Below are positions 48,202 to 57,808 of a DNA stretch of 64,000 nt, in pieces; within the stretch, counting starts at the first letter, position 1, and each line of letters begins with the position of its first letter. Made by a program: the position numbers and the translations under genes. Origin of the DNA: Gammaproteobacteria bacterium (GTDB lineage: Bacteria; Pseudomonadota; Gammaproteobacteria; Steroidobacterales; Foliamicaceae). The notes beneath the pieces were generated by a model. It was not told where the DNA came from, ran no database searches, and saw only the letters and a list, made by a program, of their open reading frames with translations. The stretch is taken from contig JAPOWV010000021.1 of the NCBI GenBank assembly GCA_026707445.1, forward strand, positions 22,039-86,038. The letters are read 5' to 3'.

Positions 48202-49338
48202 CTAGTCCTGACGTTTGAAGGTCGTCGGCACAACCGGGTGGACCCAGTTCTTCGGGTCTTTCCGGCGGGCGGGCGAGGGGATGGAGAAATGACGGAAGCG
48301 GCCTGCGTCCCGCAGCTTGTCGAAATCGATTTCCCAGCCCTGTTTCACTTTCTCGATCAGCACCTTGCGGAAGGCCGTCTCCATCTGGTCGGACTTCACC
48401 AGTAACTGGTGCGCCATGGAACGGGGCACGAACCTCGGCTCGACCGTGGCGACGACGTCAAGATCTTCCTTGTAGGCGCGCCTTACGCCCTCGCGACGCG
48501 CTTCGTCGTGTTCTTCGTCCATCAGGTAGTTGCGGGCCTGGTGCATGAAGATGCGCGTGTTGTATGGATCGACGGGCGTGCGGGTGGAAACGGTCACCTG
48601 CCTGATGTTGCCCTCCCTTGTGATGTCGATCCGGTGGGAGATGCCCGCCAGGTAGGAATCGGTCGAGGCGGTGGTCTTGCCCCTTTTCTCGGACACGAGT
48701 TTGGCGATATCGGCGCTGACCTGGCTGCGCTTGGGCGGGACACGCTGGCGGGTGGCGTTGTGTCCCATGAATGCGTTCGCGACCAGCGGAACGATCTGCA
48801 CTTCCGGCGCGCTGCGCCGCCCGAAGCTGGCATGCACAAACGCCGGATGAGCGCTGTCCAGGGAGTTTTCGTGGCCGCGGGCCCAGTTTACGTCCGCGTC
48901 GAATTCCATCGAGATCACGCGCCAGTTGTCCTTGTCGTGGTATTCGGGGAACTCGGTGGCCGGAATCCGGGGACGTTCGTCCTCCTCCAGGTCGCCCAGG
49001 AACACCCATACCCAGTCAAAATGTTCTTCCACCGGATACGAGTCGACCCGCGCGCGTTTGGGTATGCGCGCGTCCTTCCCCAGGGCGGGAATCTCCACGC
49101 ACTGGCCCTGCGGATTGAACTTCCAGCCGTGGTAGCCGCAGCCGATGCAGCCGGTACCGTCCAGCTCGCCCCGGCCGATCGAACCGCCGCGATGGCAACA
49201 GGTGTTTGCCAGACACACCGCTTCGCCTTCGGGAGTGCGGTACAGGACGAAGTTCTGGCCTAACATACGCACGATCAGGGGCTTTTCCTGACTCACCTGT
49301 TGACTCTTGGCAGCCACATACCAGTTGTTTATCAACAT
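48202..49338 (-). CDS. Rieske non-heme iron oxygenase alpha subunit (VanA/demethylase-like)
   Basis: NNWYV, CCHRG..CGYHGW Rieske motif, ENSLDSAHPAFVH, EDLDVV; start ATG 49338. Confidence 0.9.
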   Translation of the reverse strand: MLINNWYVAAKSQQVSQEKPLIVRMLGQNFVLYRTPEGEAVCLANTCCHRGGSIGRGELDGTGCIGCGYHGWKFNPQGQCVEIPALGKDARIPKRARVDSYPVEEHFDWVWVFLGDLEEDERPRIPATEFPEYHDKDNWRVISMEFDADVNWARGHENSLDSAHPAFVHASFGRRSAPEVQIVPLVANAFMGHNATRQRVPPKRSQVSADIAKLVSEKRGKTTASTDSYLAGISHRIDITREGNIRQVTVSTRTPVDPYNTRIFMHQARNYLMDEEHDEARREGVRRAYKEDLDVVATVEPRFVPRSMAHQLLVKSDQMETAFRKVLIEKVKQGWEIDFDKLRDAGRFRHFSIPSPARRKDPKNWVHPVVPTTFKRQD

Positions 49339-49408
49339 GCTCGTCTCCCACTCTGACGGCCGCGGGCCTGCGCGCGCCTCATTGTACTTTCGCCTCTGAA
49401 CGGGAAAT

Positions 49409-50878
49409 ATGCTGCGCACCGGCGGGGAGTTTCTGGCTGGCCTGAGAGACGGCCGACGGGTGTATGTCGGGGGCCACAGGGTTGAGGACGTGACCGCGCA
49501 CCCGGCGTTCAGGGGCGCGGCCCGCACGATGGCCGGGCTGTTCGATTACAAGGCGGACCCCGCCAACGCCGGCGTGATGTCGTTCGAAGAGAACGGCGAA
49601 CGCTACGCCAGCTACTACCTGAAGCCACGGACCCGCGACGACCTCCAAAAGCGGTCCCGGGCCCACTACGCGATCGCGGATCAGACCTACGGGCTGCTGG
49701 GCCGGAGTCCCGACCACGTGTCCAGTTTCGTGACCGGCCTGGCCATGAACCCGGAAATACTCGACCGGGACGGCGACGAATTCGCCGCGAACATCACGGC
49801 CTACTACGACCACCTGCGCGAAAACGACCTTTATGCCACTTATGCGGTGCACCCTGCGCCGCAGTCCAAGAACGCGGCCCTGTTCGGCGACAACAAGGGC
49901 CACCAGGCCGTGCTGCAGGTCGTCGATGAAGACCGCGAGGGTGTGGTCCTGAACGGCATGAAGATGCTCGCCACGGCGGGCGTGTTCTGCGATGAGGTCT
50001 GGATCGGAAACCTCACGCCCATAGCCGATGACCGCGGGAAGGAGGCGATTACCTGCGCGGTGCCGATGAATGCGAAGGGCCTGACCCTGTGGGCGCGCAA
50101 GCCCATGGAACCCCATGCCGTCAGCGAGTTCGACAACCCGCTCAGCTCGAACTTCGACGAAAGCGACGTCATGCTCATCTTCGAGAACGTGCGGGTGCCC
50201 TGGGAGCGAGTCTTCGTCCACGACCGTGCCGCACTTTCGCGCGAAATCTACATCGAGACCGCTTCGCACACGCTGGGCAATCACCAGTCCAACGTGCGCT
50301 TCCACGCCAAGCTGCGGTTTATCGCCGGAATCGTCCACAGGATCGCGCAGTCCGCCGGCGTGGACGGGATCCCGGTCGTGGCGGAAAAACTGGGTCGGCT
50401 GGCGGCCTGGGAAGCCTCCCTCGGCGGGATGATTCAGGGCCAGATACAGGACTGCGAAGACCTTGGCAACGGCTACCTGAACTTCAACCGGCGCTACATG
50501 TACGCCGCGCTGAACTGGTGCCAGGAGCACTACCCCGAGATCATCGCCATGATGAGGGAGTTGTCCGGAGGCAGCGTGTTCCAGATGCCGGCGGATATTT
50601 CCGTGCTTGAAAACCCCGAAACCCGCGACATCTTCCATGACTACTGGACCACCCAGGCCGAGTCCGCGGTCGACCGCGTCAAGCTCTATCGGCTGGCCTG
50701 GGACCTGTACGGCAGCGAATTCGGCGCCCGCCAGCAGCAGTACGAGAACTTCTTCGCCGGCCCGTCGTTCATCGTTCGCAATCACAGCTTCCGCGAAGCG
50801 CCATGGAGCTCCTTCGACGGCATGGTGGACCGTTTGATGGACACCATCGCCGTGCCGGGCCAATCACGGGAGGAATAG
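49409..50878 (+). CDS. HpaB-like (4-hydroxyphenylacetate 3-hydroxylase family) FADH2-dependent monooxygenase
   Basis: LRTG.EFL.GLRDGR.VY, HPAF, LLGRSPDH, GMKMLAT, PLSSNFDESD, VPWERVF, KLYRLAWD..GSEFGARQQQYE. Confidence 0.9.
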   Translation: MLRTGGEFLAGLRDGRRVYVGGHRVEDVTAHPAFRGAARTMAGLFDYKADPANAGVMSFEENGERYASYYLKPRTRDDLQKRSRAHYAIADQTYGLLGRSPDHVSSFVTGLAMNPEILDRDGDEFAANITAYYDHLRENDLYATYAVHPAPQSKNAALFGDNKGHQAVLQVVDEDREGVVLNGMKMLATAGVFCDEVWIGNLTPIADDRGKEAITCAVPMNAKGLTLWARKPMEPHAVSEFDNPLSSNFDESDVMLIFENVRVPWERVFVHDRAALSREIYIETASHTLGNHQSNVRFHAKLRFIAGIVHRIAQSAGVDGIPVVAEKLGRLAAWEASLGGMIQGQIQDCEDLGNGYLNFNRRYMYAALNWCQEHYPEIIAMMRELSGGSVFQMPADISVLENPETRDIFHDYWTTQAESAVDRVKLYRLAWDLYGSEFGARQQQYENFFAGPSFIVRNHSFREAPWSSFDGMVDRLMDTIAVPGQSREE

Positions 50879-50885
50879 GGCCGCC

Positions 50886-51629
50886 GTGATTCCCGATCCG
50901 GTAACGACGCACCAGGCCGGCGTGATCGTCCCTCCGGGCAACCCCACGGTGGAGCCGGAAATGGCGCGCCTGCTGCCCGGGGAAATCACGATGTACGCGG
51001 CCCGGCTGCCCGTCTTGCACGGCGTTCCGCTCAACGAGCGCAGCAAGCTGTACGTGTCGCACTACCGCGACACGATGGGCGCCTTCGACAACCTCAAACT
51101 CGACTCCATGCTGATCGGCATCACCGGCCCTTCTTATCGCCTGTTGCCGGATGGCGACCGGAAACTGTGCGCGGACCTGACTGCGGAGAGCGGACTGCCC
51201 ACGATCACCTCCAGCCGCGCGATCCACCAGGCCTTGCAGGCGATCGGCTGCGAGGAAATCTGCCTCGTTTCCCCCTATTCGGACTGGCTGACCGAGAAGG
51301 CGGTTGCCTACTGGCGGGCGGCCGGCTATCGGCTGGCGGCCGTTGCGCGGGTGTTCGAACCGCACGAGAGGCTCCATGCTTACGACACCCGGACTCCGCA
51401 TGTCGTCAGGACGCTGAGGTCGCTAACGCCGCCCGAGGATGCGGCCATCGTCATGACCGGCACCGGCATGGTGACGCTCGAGGCGGTCAGGCTCATGGGA
51501 GACGAGCTGGCCAACCCGGTCCTGTCGTCGAATCTCTGCGGGGCGCGCTGGCTGCTGCGCCAGGCGGGGCTCAAGTCCGGGTCGGCGCTTTTCGATTCGG
51601 TCGCAAAGGTGCTGCTGCCCACACTCTGA
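50886..51629 (+). CDS. Asp/Glu racemase - arylmalonate decarboxylase-like protein (no catalytic Cys)
   Basis: GVIVPPGNPTVEPEM, LIGITGPSY, LVSPY, MTGTGM, PVLSSN. Confidence 0.82.
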   Translation: MIPDPVTTHQAGVIVPPGNPTVEPEMARLLPGEITMYAARLPVLHGVPLNERSKLYVSHYRDTMGAFDNLKLDSMLIGITGPSYRLLPDGDRKLCADLTAESGLPTITSSRAIHQALQAIGCEEICLVSPYSDWLTEKAVAYWRAAGYRLAAVARVFEPHERLHAYDTRTPHVVRTLRSLTPPEDAAIVMTGTGMVTLEAVRLMGDELANPVLSSNLCGARWLLRQAGLKSGSALFDSVAKVLLPTL

Positions 51630-51658
51630 CGCGCGCGGCGCGGTGGTGGTCCCCGGTA

Positions 51659-53458
51659 TCAGGCGTGGTGGCAGGCCACCCGCGCCCCGTTTTCCAGGGT
51701 CCTGAATTCCGGTTCCCGCTCGCTGCAGAGATCCGTTGCGACAGGGCAACGGGTACGGAACACGCAGCCTGAGGGCGGGGCGGTGGGGGAGGGCGGCTCG
51801 CCGGTGAGAATGATTCGCTCCTGTTGCCGCTGCGCCTTGAGGTCCGGCACCGGAATTGCGCTGATCAGGGCCTGCGTATACGGGTGGGCGGGTGAATCGA
51901 ACAGGATGTCCCGGTCGGCGATTTCCACGAAATGGCCCAGGTACATCACCAGGACCCGGTCGCACACGATCCGCACCACCGACAGGTCGTGGCTGATGAA
52001 GATGATCGAGACCCCGTGCTTCTTCTGAAGGTCCTTGAGCAGCCCGATGGTCTGCTTGCGGGTGGACGCGTCCAGCGAACTGACCGGCTCGTCGCAGATG
52101 AGGAGCCTGGGCTTGAGGATCATCGCCCGGGCGATGCTCACCCGCTGGCATTGGCCGCCACTGAACTCATGGGGGTAGCGATCGCGGTGTTCGCGGTCCA
52201 GCCCCACGTCCCGCAATGCGTTCAGCACCGCGGCATCGCGGTCCTCGCGGCCCAATTCCGGGTGAAAGCGCCGCAGCGGCTCGGCGATGATGCTGCCTAT
52301 GGTCATTCTCGGGTTGAGGCTGGACAGCGGGTCCTGGAACACCACGCCCAGGTCCCTGCGCCGCTCGTTCATCGCCTTGCGGCTCAACCCGGACAGGTCC
52401 TCCCCCTGCCAGACGATGCGCCCGCCGGTAGAACCGATGAGTTGCAGTATGGCGCGCGCCAGCGTCGATTTGCCGCAGCCCGATTCGCCGACTATGCCGA
52501 CGGTTTCGCCCTCCGCGACGCTGAAGGAAACGCCGTCGACGGCTTTCAGCGGCACGGTCCTGGACCGTAGATGATCCTGCACACGGGTTGGGAAGTGCAC
52601 CCTGAGGTCATCAACGCGCAACAGACTCTTGCCCGGGGCGGTTGTTCCGATCGATCGTCCTTTGGGCGGCTGTACACGCTTCGGTCGGGGCAGGGCTGCC
52701 AGCAGCGCCCGCGTGTACGGGTGCTCCGATGCGTTGAATATCGTTTCGGTGGCCCCCCTCTCCACGACGCGGCCTTCCTGCATCACCAGGACCGTGTCGC
52801 ACAGTCCGGCCACCACGCCCAGGTCGTGCGTGATGATCACGATGGTGGTGCGCTTTTTCAGCGACCTGAGGAAATCCAGAATCTGCGCCTGAATGGTGAG
52901 GTCCAGCGCCGTGGTCGGCTCGTCGGCGATCAAGAGGTCCGGTTCGCACAGCAGCGCCTGGGCGATCATCACTCTTTGCCGCTGTCCGCCGGACAACTCG
53001 TGCGGATACATGCCGAAGCGGCGGCGGGGCTCCGGAATCTGCACGATCTCGAGGACCTCCAGCGCCCGCGCCTTCGCTTCATCCCTGCTCATGTCGGAGT
53101 GCTGATGCAGCACCTCGCACAGTTGCGCGCCGATGCGCATGAACGGGGTCAGCGAGGCCATCGGGTCCTGGAAGACCATTGAGACCCTGCGGCCCCGGAT
53201 CCGGTTGAGTTGCCCGGAGGGCGCGTTGAGGATTTCCTCCTCCCGGAACCTGACGCTGCCGCTGGCCGCGGCGTTGTCGGCCAGCAGGCCCATCAGGGCC
53301 ATGGCGGTCTGCGTCTTCCCGGAACCGGACTCGCCCACGATACCGATGCAGTCTCCGGGGTGGACCTCGAAATCCACGCCCCTGACCGCGTGCACCTCAC
53401 CGGCGTGCGTCTCGAAGCGCACGTGCAGGTCCTCGCAGGCCAGAAGCGGCGTGCTCAT
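51659..53458 (-). CDS. Oligopeptide ABC transporter ATP-binding protein, fused OppD-OppF type
   Basis: Two Walker A motifs (GESGSGKT, GESGCGKST), YPHELSGGQ / YPHEFSGGQ, HPYT, PPSGC.F.TRCP. Confidence 0.95.
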   Translation of the reverse strand: MSTPLLACEDLHVRFETHAGEVHAVRGVDFEVHPGDCIGIVGESGSGKTQTAMALMGLLADNAAASGSVRFREEEILNAPSGQLNRIRGRRVSMVFQDPMASLTPFMRIGAQLCEVLHQHSDMSRDEAKARALEVLEIVQIPEPRRRFGMYPHELSGGQRQRVMIAQALLCEPDLLIADEPTTALDLTIQAQILDFLRSLKKRTTIVIITHDLGVVAGLCDTVLVMQEGRVVERGATETIFNASEHPYTRALLAALPRPKRVQPPKGRSIGTTAPGKSLLRVDDLRVHFPTRVQDHLRSRTVPLKAVDGVSFSVAEGETVGIVGESGCGKSTLARAILQLIGSTGGRIVWQGEDLSGLSRKAMNERRRDLGVVFQDPLSSLNPRMTIGSIIAEPLRRFHPELGREDRDAAVLNALRDVGLDREHRDRYPHEFSGGQCQRVSIARAMILKPRLLICDEPVSSLDASTRKQTIGLLKDLQKKHGVSIIFISHDLSVVRIVCDRVLVMYLGHFVEIADRDILFDSPAHPYTQALISAIPVPDLKAQRQQERIILTGEPPSPTAPPSGCVFRTRCPVATDLCSEREPEFRTLENGARVACHHA

Positions 53459-54318
53459 CGCGTGCGGTCCTTGGGGTCCAGCGCGTCGCGCAGGCCGTCG
53501 CCGATGAAATTGAAGCAGAACAGCGTGATGACCAGAAACGCGGCGGGAATGATCAAAAGCCACGGCGCCGTACCGATCTCATCGGCGCCCTGCGAGATCA
53601 GCCGCCCCCAACTGGTATAGGGCTCCTGTACGCCCAGCCCGAGAAAGCTCAGGTAGCTCTCCACGATGATGTTGATGGGAATCAACAGGGTCACATACAC
53701 GATGACCGGCCCGATCACGTTGGGAATGATGTATTTCAGCAGGATGGTGGGCGTCGAGAGGCCCGCCGCCATGGCGGACTCCACGTACTCCTTTTCCTTG
53801 ATGGAGAGCGTTTGCCCGCGCACGATGCGGGCCAGCGTGAGCCACTCCACGGCCCCTATGCACAGAAAGATCAACAGGAAACTGTTGCCGAACACGGTCA
53901 CCAGGATGATCACGAAAAACAGCGCGGGCAGGGAATAGAGCACGTCAACGACGCGCATCATGAGGTCGCCCGGCGTGCCGCCCCGATAGCCCGCTATCGC
54001 GCCGTACGCCACACCAATGACCAGCGCGACGAGGGTGGTCAGCACGCCGATAGTCAGGGAAATCCTGGCGCCGTAGAAGGTTCGGGAAAACATGTCCCGT
54101 CCATTCACGTCGGTGCCGAACCACAGGTAGTTGTCGGCGGTCGGCGGCGACTCCAGGTAGTCCCAGTTCACTTCGTCCAGGCTGTTCGGCCAGAATTCGG
54201 GAACCATGATCGCCAGCGCCGTGATCGCGCCCATGATCCACACGCTCGCCATCGCCGCGCGGTGGCGCCGGAACCGGGCCATTGCGTCCTGCCACAGGGA
54301 ACGGCTGGGCGCGGTCAT
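53455..54318 (-). CDS. oppC: Oligopeptide ABC permease (OppC type)
   Basis: SLWQDA..RFRRHRAA, WFGTD.NGRD, ARIVRGQ, EYVESA, LSFLGLG, FIGDGLRDALDP. Confidence 0.93.
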   Translation of the reverse strand: MTAPSRSLWQDAMARFRRHRAAMASVWIMGAITALAIMVPEFWPNSLDEVNWDYLESPPTADNYLWFGTDVNGRDMFSRTFYGARISLTIGVLTTLVALVIGVAYGAIAGYRGGTPGDLMMRVVDVLYSLPALFFVIILVTVFGNSFLLIFLCIGAVEWLTLARIVRGQTLSIKEKEYVESAMAAGLSTPTILLKYIIPNVIGPVIVYVTLLIPINIIVESYLSFLGLGVQEPYTSWGRLISQGADEIGTAPWLLIIPAAFLVITLFCFNFIGDGLRDALDPKDRTR

Positions 54319-55238
54319 CGGGGACGCACCCTGGGATCCAGGTAGCCGTAGATGATGTCGGCCAGCAGGTTGAGCAGGATGATCAGCGTGGCGTACACGA
54401 TCACGATTCCCAGGATCAGGGAGTAGTCGCGGTTCAGTGCGCCCTCGACAAAGGCGCGCCCGATCCCGGGCAGGCCGAATATCGTTTCGATCACCACCGA
54501 GCCGGTCATGGCGCCTGCGATCGCCGGCCCCAGGTAGCTCACCACCGGCATGCAGGCCGGACGCAATACGTGCCGGGAGATCACCTTCCATTCCGGCAGA
54601 CCCTTGGCGCGCGCCGTGCGGACGTAGTCGGCACCGAGCGATTCCAGCATCGACCCGCGCGTGATGCGCGCGATGCCCGCGAGGGTGGGCAGTGCGAGCG
54701 CGACGACCGGCAGGATGATGTGCGCGAACTGGCCGTTGTTCCAGCCCGACAGCGGCAGCCAGCCCAGGTAGAGGCCGAAGAACAGGGTTAGCAGCGGAGC
54801 GGTCACAAAGGTGGGAATGCCCACTCCGGCCATGGCGATCGCCATTACGGTGAAGTCCACCGCCGAGTTCTTGCGCAGGGCGGCCACAATGCCGCACAGC
54901 ATTCCCGCGAACAGGCCCAGCACCATGGCCGTCAGCCCCAGTTGCGCGCTTACCGGAAGCCCTTCGGCGATCAGTTCCGCAACGGTCCGGTCCCGGTAGG
55001 CCAGCGAGGGCCCCAGGTCGCCGTTGGCCAGCCGCCACAGGTAGTTGCCGTACTGCTCGACCAGCGGCTTGTCGAGGTCGTAGGCTTTGCGCAGGTTCTC
55101 CGCTGCCGTCGGATCCAGGTCAGGGATCAGGTCGAAGGGTCCGCCGGGCGCGATGCGAATCAGGAAGAAGGCAAGCGTAACAATGACGAATAGCGTGGGT
55201 ACGGCTACCAGAAGCCTTCTCAGCGCGTAGTTCAGCAT
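54315..55238 (-). CDS. oppB: Oligopeptide ABC permease (OppB type)
   Basis: APGGPF, LDKPL..QY, GDLGPS, DYVRTARAKGL, ETIFGLPGIG, NRDY, LDPR. Confidence 0.93.
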   Translation of the reverse strand: MLNYALRRLLVAVPTLFVIVTLAFFLIRIAPGGPFDLIPDLDPTAAENLRKAYDLDKPLVEQYGNYLWRLANGDLGPSLAYRDRTVAELIAEGLPVSAQLGLTAMVLGLFAGMLCGIVAALRKNSAVDFTVMAIAMAGVGIPTFVTAPLLTLFFGLYLGWLPLSGWNNGQFAHIILPVVALALPTLAGIARITRGSMLESLGADYVRTARAKGLPEWKVISRHVLRPACMPVVSYLGPAIAGAMTGSVVIETIFGLPGIGRAFVEGALNRDYSLILGIVIVYATLIILLNLLADIIYGYLDPRVRPR

Positions 55239-55249
55239 GCGGCGGCCCG

Positions 55250-56131
55250 TCAGGTTTCCCGATACTCGGAAAGACTCAGCAGCGAGCATTTCAGCCCGGT
55301 GTTCAGCTCGCCCACTACGTCTCCGGTGGCTATGTTCCTGCGTTGCAGCAGTCCGTGCAGGAAGTTGCTCAGGTAGAAGTGCTCGCCGTCCAGGGCCGGT
55401 TTGGCTCGCGTCCAGCCGTTCTCCAAAGGCACATCGTAGTTCTGGAGCACTTCTCCGCGGGAGTTGAAGAGGACGGCCCCCGAGCCGCTTGCCATCAGCA
55501 CTTCTCCGCCGGGGAGCAGGCCCAAGCCGTAGGTTCGCACGGCGTCGTCCTCGCCAAAGGTGACAAAATCGGAAAGCTGCCGTCGGGATTCGGTGTCGTA
55601 TCGGCAAAGCCGCCGGCCGGCTTCCGAGACGTAGTAAACAGTCCTGTCGTCGGCGTCCAGGGCCAGGTTGCTGATGCAGTGCCGGCCGCCGCGGCCTCCG
55701 TCGATTTCCACCTCGTGGAAGTTGACTGCCCTGGTTTGCGGGTTGAACCGGATCAGCTTTCCGTCGCCGTGCTCGTCCTCGACCGGCGCACCATAGAGGG
55801 AATGAACGCCGATGAGGATGTCGCCGTTGCGCGCCAGCGCCATGTTTCCGTAACGGCGCTCGGGCAGGTAGCCGTCCAGCCGGTGCTGCGCGCCGGAGGC
55901 GTCGTAGGCCAGGACGCTGTTGCATTGCGGATTGGTGGCGTACAGGCGCCGGTCGCAGGGGTTGTAGAGCAGGCCCACGAGCATTCCGGCCTCGCCGGTC
56001 CACAGTTCGCCCCTGGCGTTGAAGTCCCGGTCGTAGTGGACGATCCGGCACTGTCCGGAAATGCCTTTCCTGTAATCGATATGGCTCTGGTCGATCTCGT
56101 TCAGCACCAGGAAGAGATCGCCCGGCTGCAA
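55250..56131 (-). CDS. Hypothetical beta-propeller protein (SMP-30/Vgb/NHL-like)
   Basis: Repeating blade-like segments (GLLYNP..RLYAT, NMALARNGDILI, NLALDADDRTVYYVSE, GLGLLPGGEVL); co-oriented inside opp operon; no signal peptide. Confidence 0.6.
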   Translation of the reverse strand: MQPGDLFLVLNEIDQSHIDYRKGISGQCRIVHYDRDFNARGELWTGEAGMLVGLLYNPCDRRLYATNPQCNSVLAYDASGAQHRLDGYLPERRYGNMALARNGDILIGVHSLYGAPVEDEHGDGKLIRFNPQTRAVNFHEVEIDGGRGGRHCISNLALDADDRTVYYVSEAGRRLCRYDTESRRQLSDFVTFGEDDAVRTYGLGLLPGGEVLMASGSGAVLFNSRGEVLQNYDVPLENGWTRAKPALDGEHFYLSNFLHGLLQRRNIATGDVVGELNTGLKCSLLSLSEYRET

Positions 56132-56168
56132 ATCACCCAGGTCGGCGGTGTCGCGGCGTCCTGTCAGT

Positions 56169-57749
56169 TCAGGGGCCTCCGTTGAGCCTGAGGTCCTTGG
56201 CCATTTTCGGCGCCGTGGAATTCGTCCAGCCTTCGACGCGCTGGTTCACCAGGAAGGCCCGGGACTGGAAATGCGAGGGGATGACGGGAAAATCCTGCAT
56301 CACCCGCTGTTCGATCTCCCGCAGGTAGGCGGTTCGTTCCTCGTCCGAGCGGATGGTGTCGGCAAGCGCCAGGCGCCGGTCGATGTCGGCATTGGAGTAA
56401 CCGGAATAGTTCCTGAAGCTGTCGCCCCGGATGAGTGCGAAGAACGACACCGGGTCGTAGAAGATCGCGTAGTAGGTCAACCGCATCACCTGGTATTCCC
56501 GGTCCGCCGCCTTCTTCATCAGCGCCCGCATGCCCACGGTTTCCAGTTCGGCCTCCACGCCGGCCTGCTTCCACATCGAGCGATAGGCCACCGCGAGGCG
56601 GCGGTCCCTCTCCACCGGGGAGAAGACGAATGTGAACCTGAGGGGATTGCTCCTGTTGAAGCCCGCCTCGTTCAGCAACCGCCGGGCTTCGGCCAAGCGC
56701 TCGCCCGGGGACATCCGGCTGAATGCCGGAGGCTCCGAGGGGTCTTTCCAGATCGCCGTCGGGACGACCGACCAGGCGGGCTCGTCGCCCGTCCTGAGCA
56801 ATTTCTCCACGATCACGTCCCGGTCGATGGCCAGGGAAAGCGCCTTGCGCACCCTGACGTCATCGAATGGGGGTAGCGTGTTGTTGACCGACAGGTAGCC
56901 CAGCCCGATTCCGCGCGCAATCCGGAATTCTTCGGGGCGGGTCGCCTTGAGGTTTTCGTATTGGTTGAACGGGATATTGAGAATCACGTCCAGTTCCCCG
57001 GCCAGGTACCTTTTCAGCGAGGTGGTGGGCGAGGGCACCGGGTAATAGAAGACCTTCCCGATGGACACCGTGCCGGCGGAGTGGTAGTGCGGATTCTTCA
57101 CCAGTTGGTAGTAGGTATTGGTGACGACCTTGCCGAGCATGTAGGCGCCGTTGGTAACCATGGTTCCAGGCTGGGTCCACTTCCTGCCGTGGACTTCGAT
57201 AACGTGCGCGGGAACCGGGGCATTGCTGTAGGAAGCCAGCAGGCTGATGAAGTACGGCGCAGGGCCCTCGAGGATGATTTCCAGCGTGGAGGGATCGACC
57301 GCCCTCACGCCCAGGGAATCGACGGACTTCTCGCCCACCGAGATGGCGGTCGCGTTGAGAACCGGGAACAGGGCGCTGGCGCCGCGGGTGCCGGAACGGG
57401 GATCGAGCATGCGCCTGAAGGAATAAACGAAGTCGCCGGCCGTAATCTCCTTGCCGTCCGACCACTTCGCGTTCTTCTTCAAGCGGAATGTGTAGACCGT
57501 CCCATCCTCTGAAATGCTCCAGCTTGCGGCAATGGCCGGCGCCAACTCTCCATCCGGCGTCCGCGTGACCAAGCCTTCAAAGAGGTCATACATGATCGCC
57601 CCGGCCGAGTTGCCGACCACGTACTGCGGGTCGAATGTGGGCAACTCGTCATTGGTCCCGCGCCGGAGCACGCTTGCCTCAAGCTCCGGCGCCTGCAGCG
57701 GAGCGAGCAGTGGCAAGGCTGCGAGCATGCTTAGCGCCATGCGCCTCAT
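56169..57749 (-). CDS. oppA: Oligopeptide ABC substrate-binding protein (OppA type)
   Basis: Signal peptide, FDP, LFEGLV, SEDGTVYTF.L...AKWSDG, NGAY, PPFDDVRVRKALSLAIDR; start ATG 57749. Confidence 0.92.
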   Translation of the reverse strand: MRRMALSMLAALPLLAPLQAPELEASVLRRGTNDELPTFDPQYVVGNSAGAIMYDLFEGLVTRTPDGELAPAIAASWSISEDGTVYTFRLKKNAKWSDGKEITAGDFVYSFRRMLDPRSGTRGASALFPVLNATAISVGEKSVDSLGVRAVDPSTLEIILEGPAPYFISLLASYSNAPVPAHVIEVHGRKWTQPGTMVTNGAYMLGKVVTNTYYQLVKNPHYHSAGTVSIGKVFYYPVPSPTTSLKRYLAGELDVILNIPFNQYENLKATRPEEFRIARGIGLGYLSVNNTLPPFDDVRVRKALSLAIDRDVIVEKLLRTGDEPAWSVVPTAIWKDPSEPPAFSRMSPGERLAEARRLLNEAGFNRSNPLRFTFVFSPVERDRRLAVAYRSMWKQAGVEAELETVGMRALMKKAADREYQVMRLTYYAIFYDPVSFFALIRGDSFRNYSGYSNADIDRRLALADTIRSDEERTAYLREIEQRVMQDFPVIPSHFQSRAFLVNQRVEGWTNSTAPKMAKDLRLNGGP

Positions 57750-57808
57750 GCCCGACACTTTACCCTCCGCGGCCGCCCGTGTCTTGCGGCCGGCGTCCGC
57801 CGCAGCCG

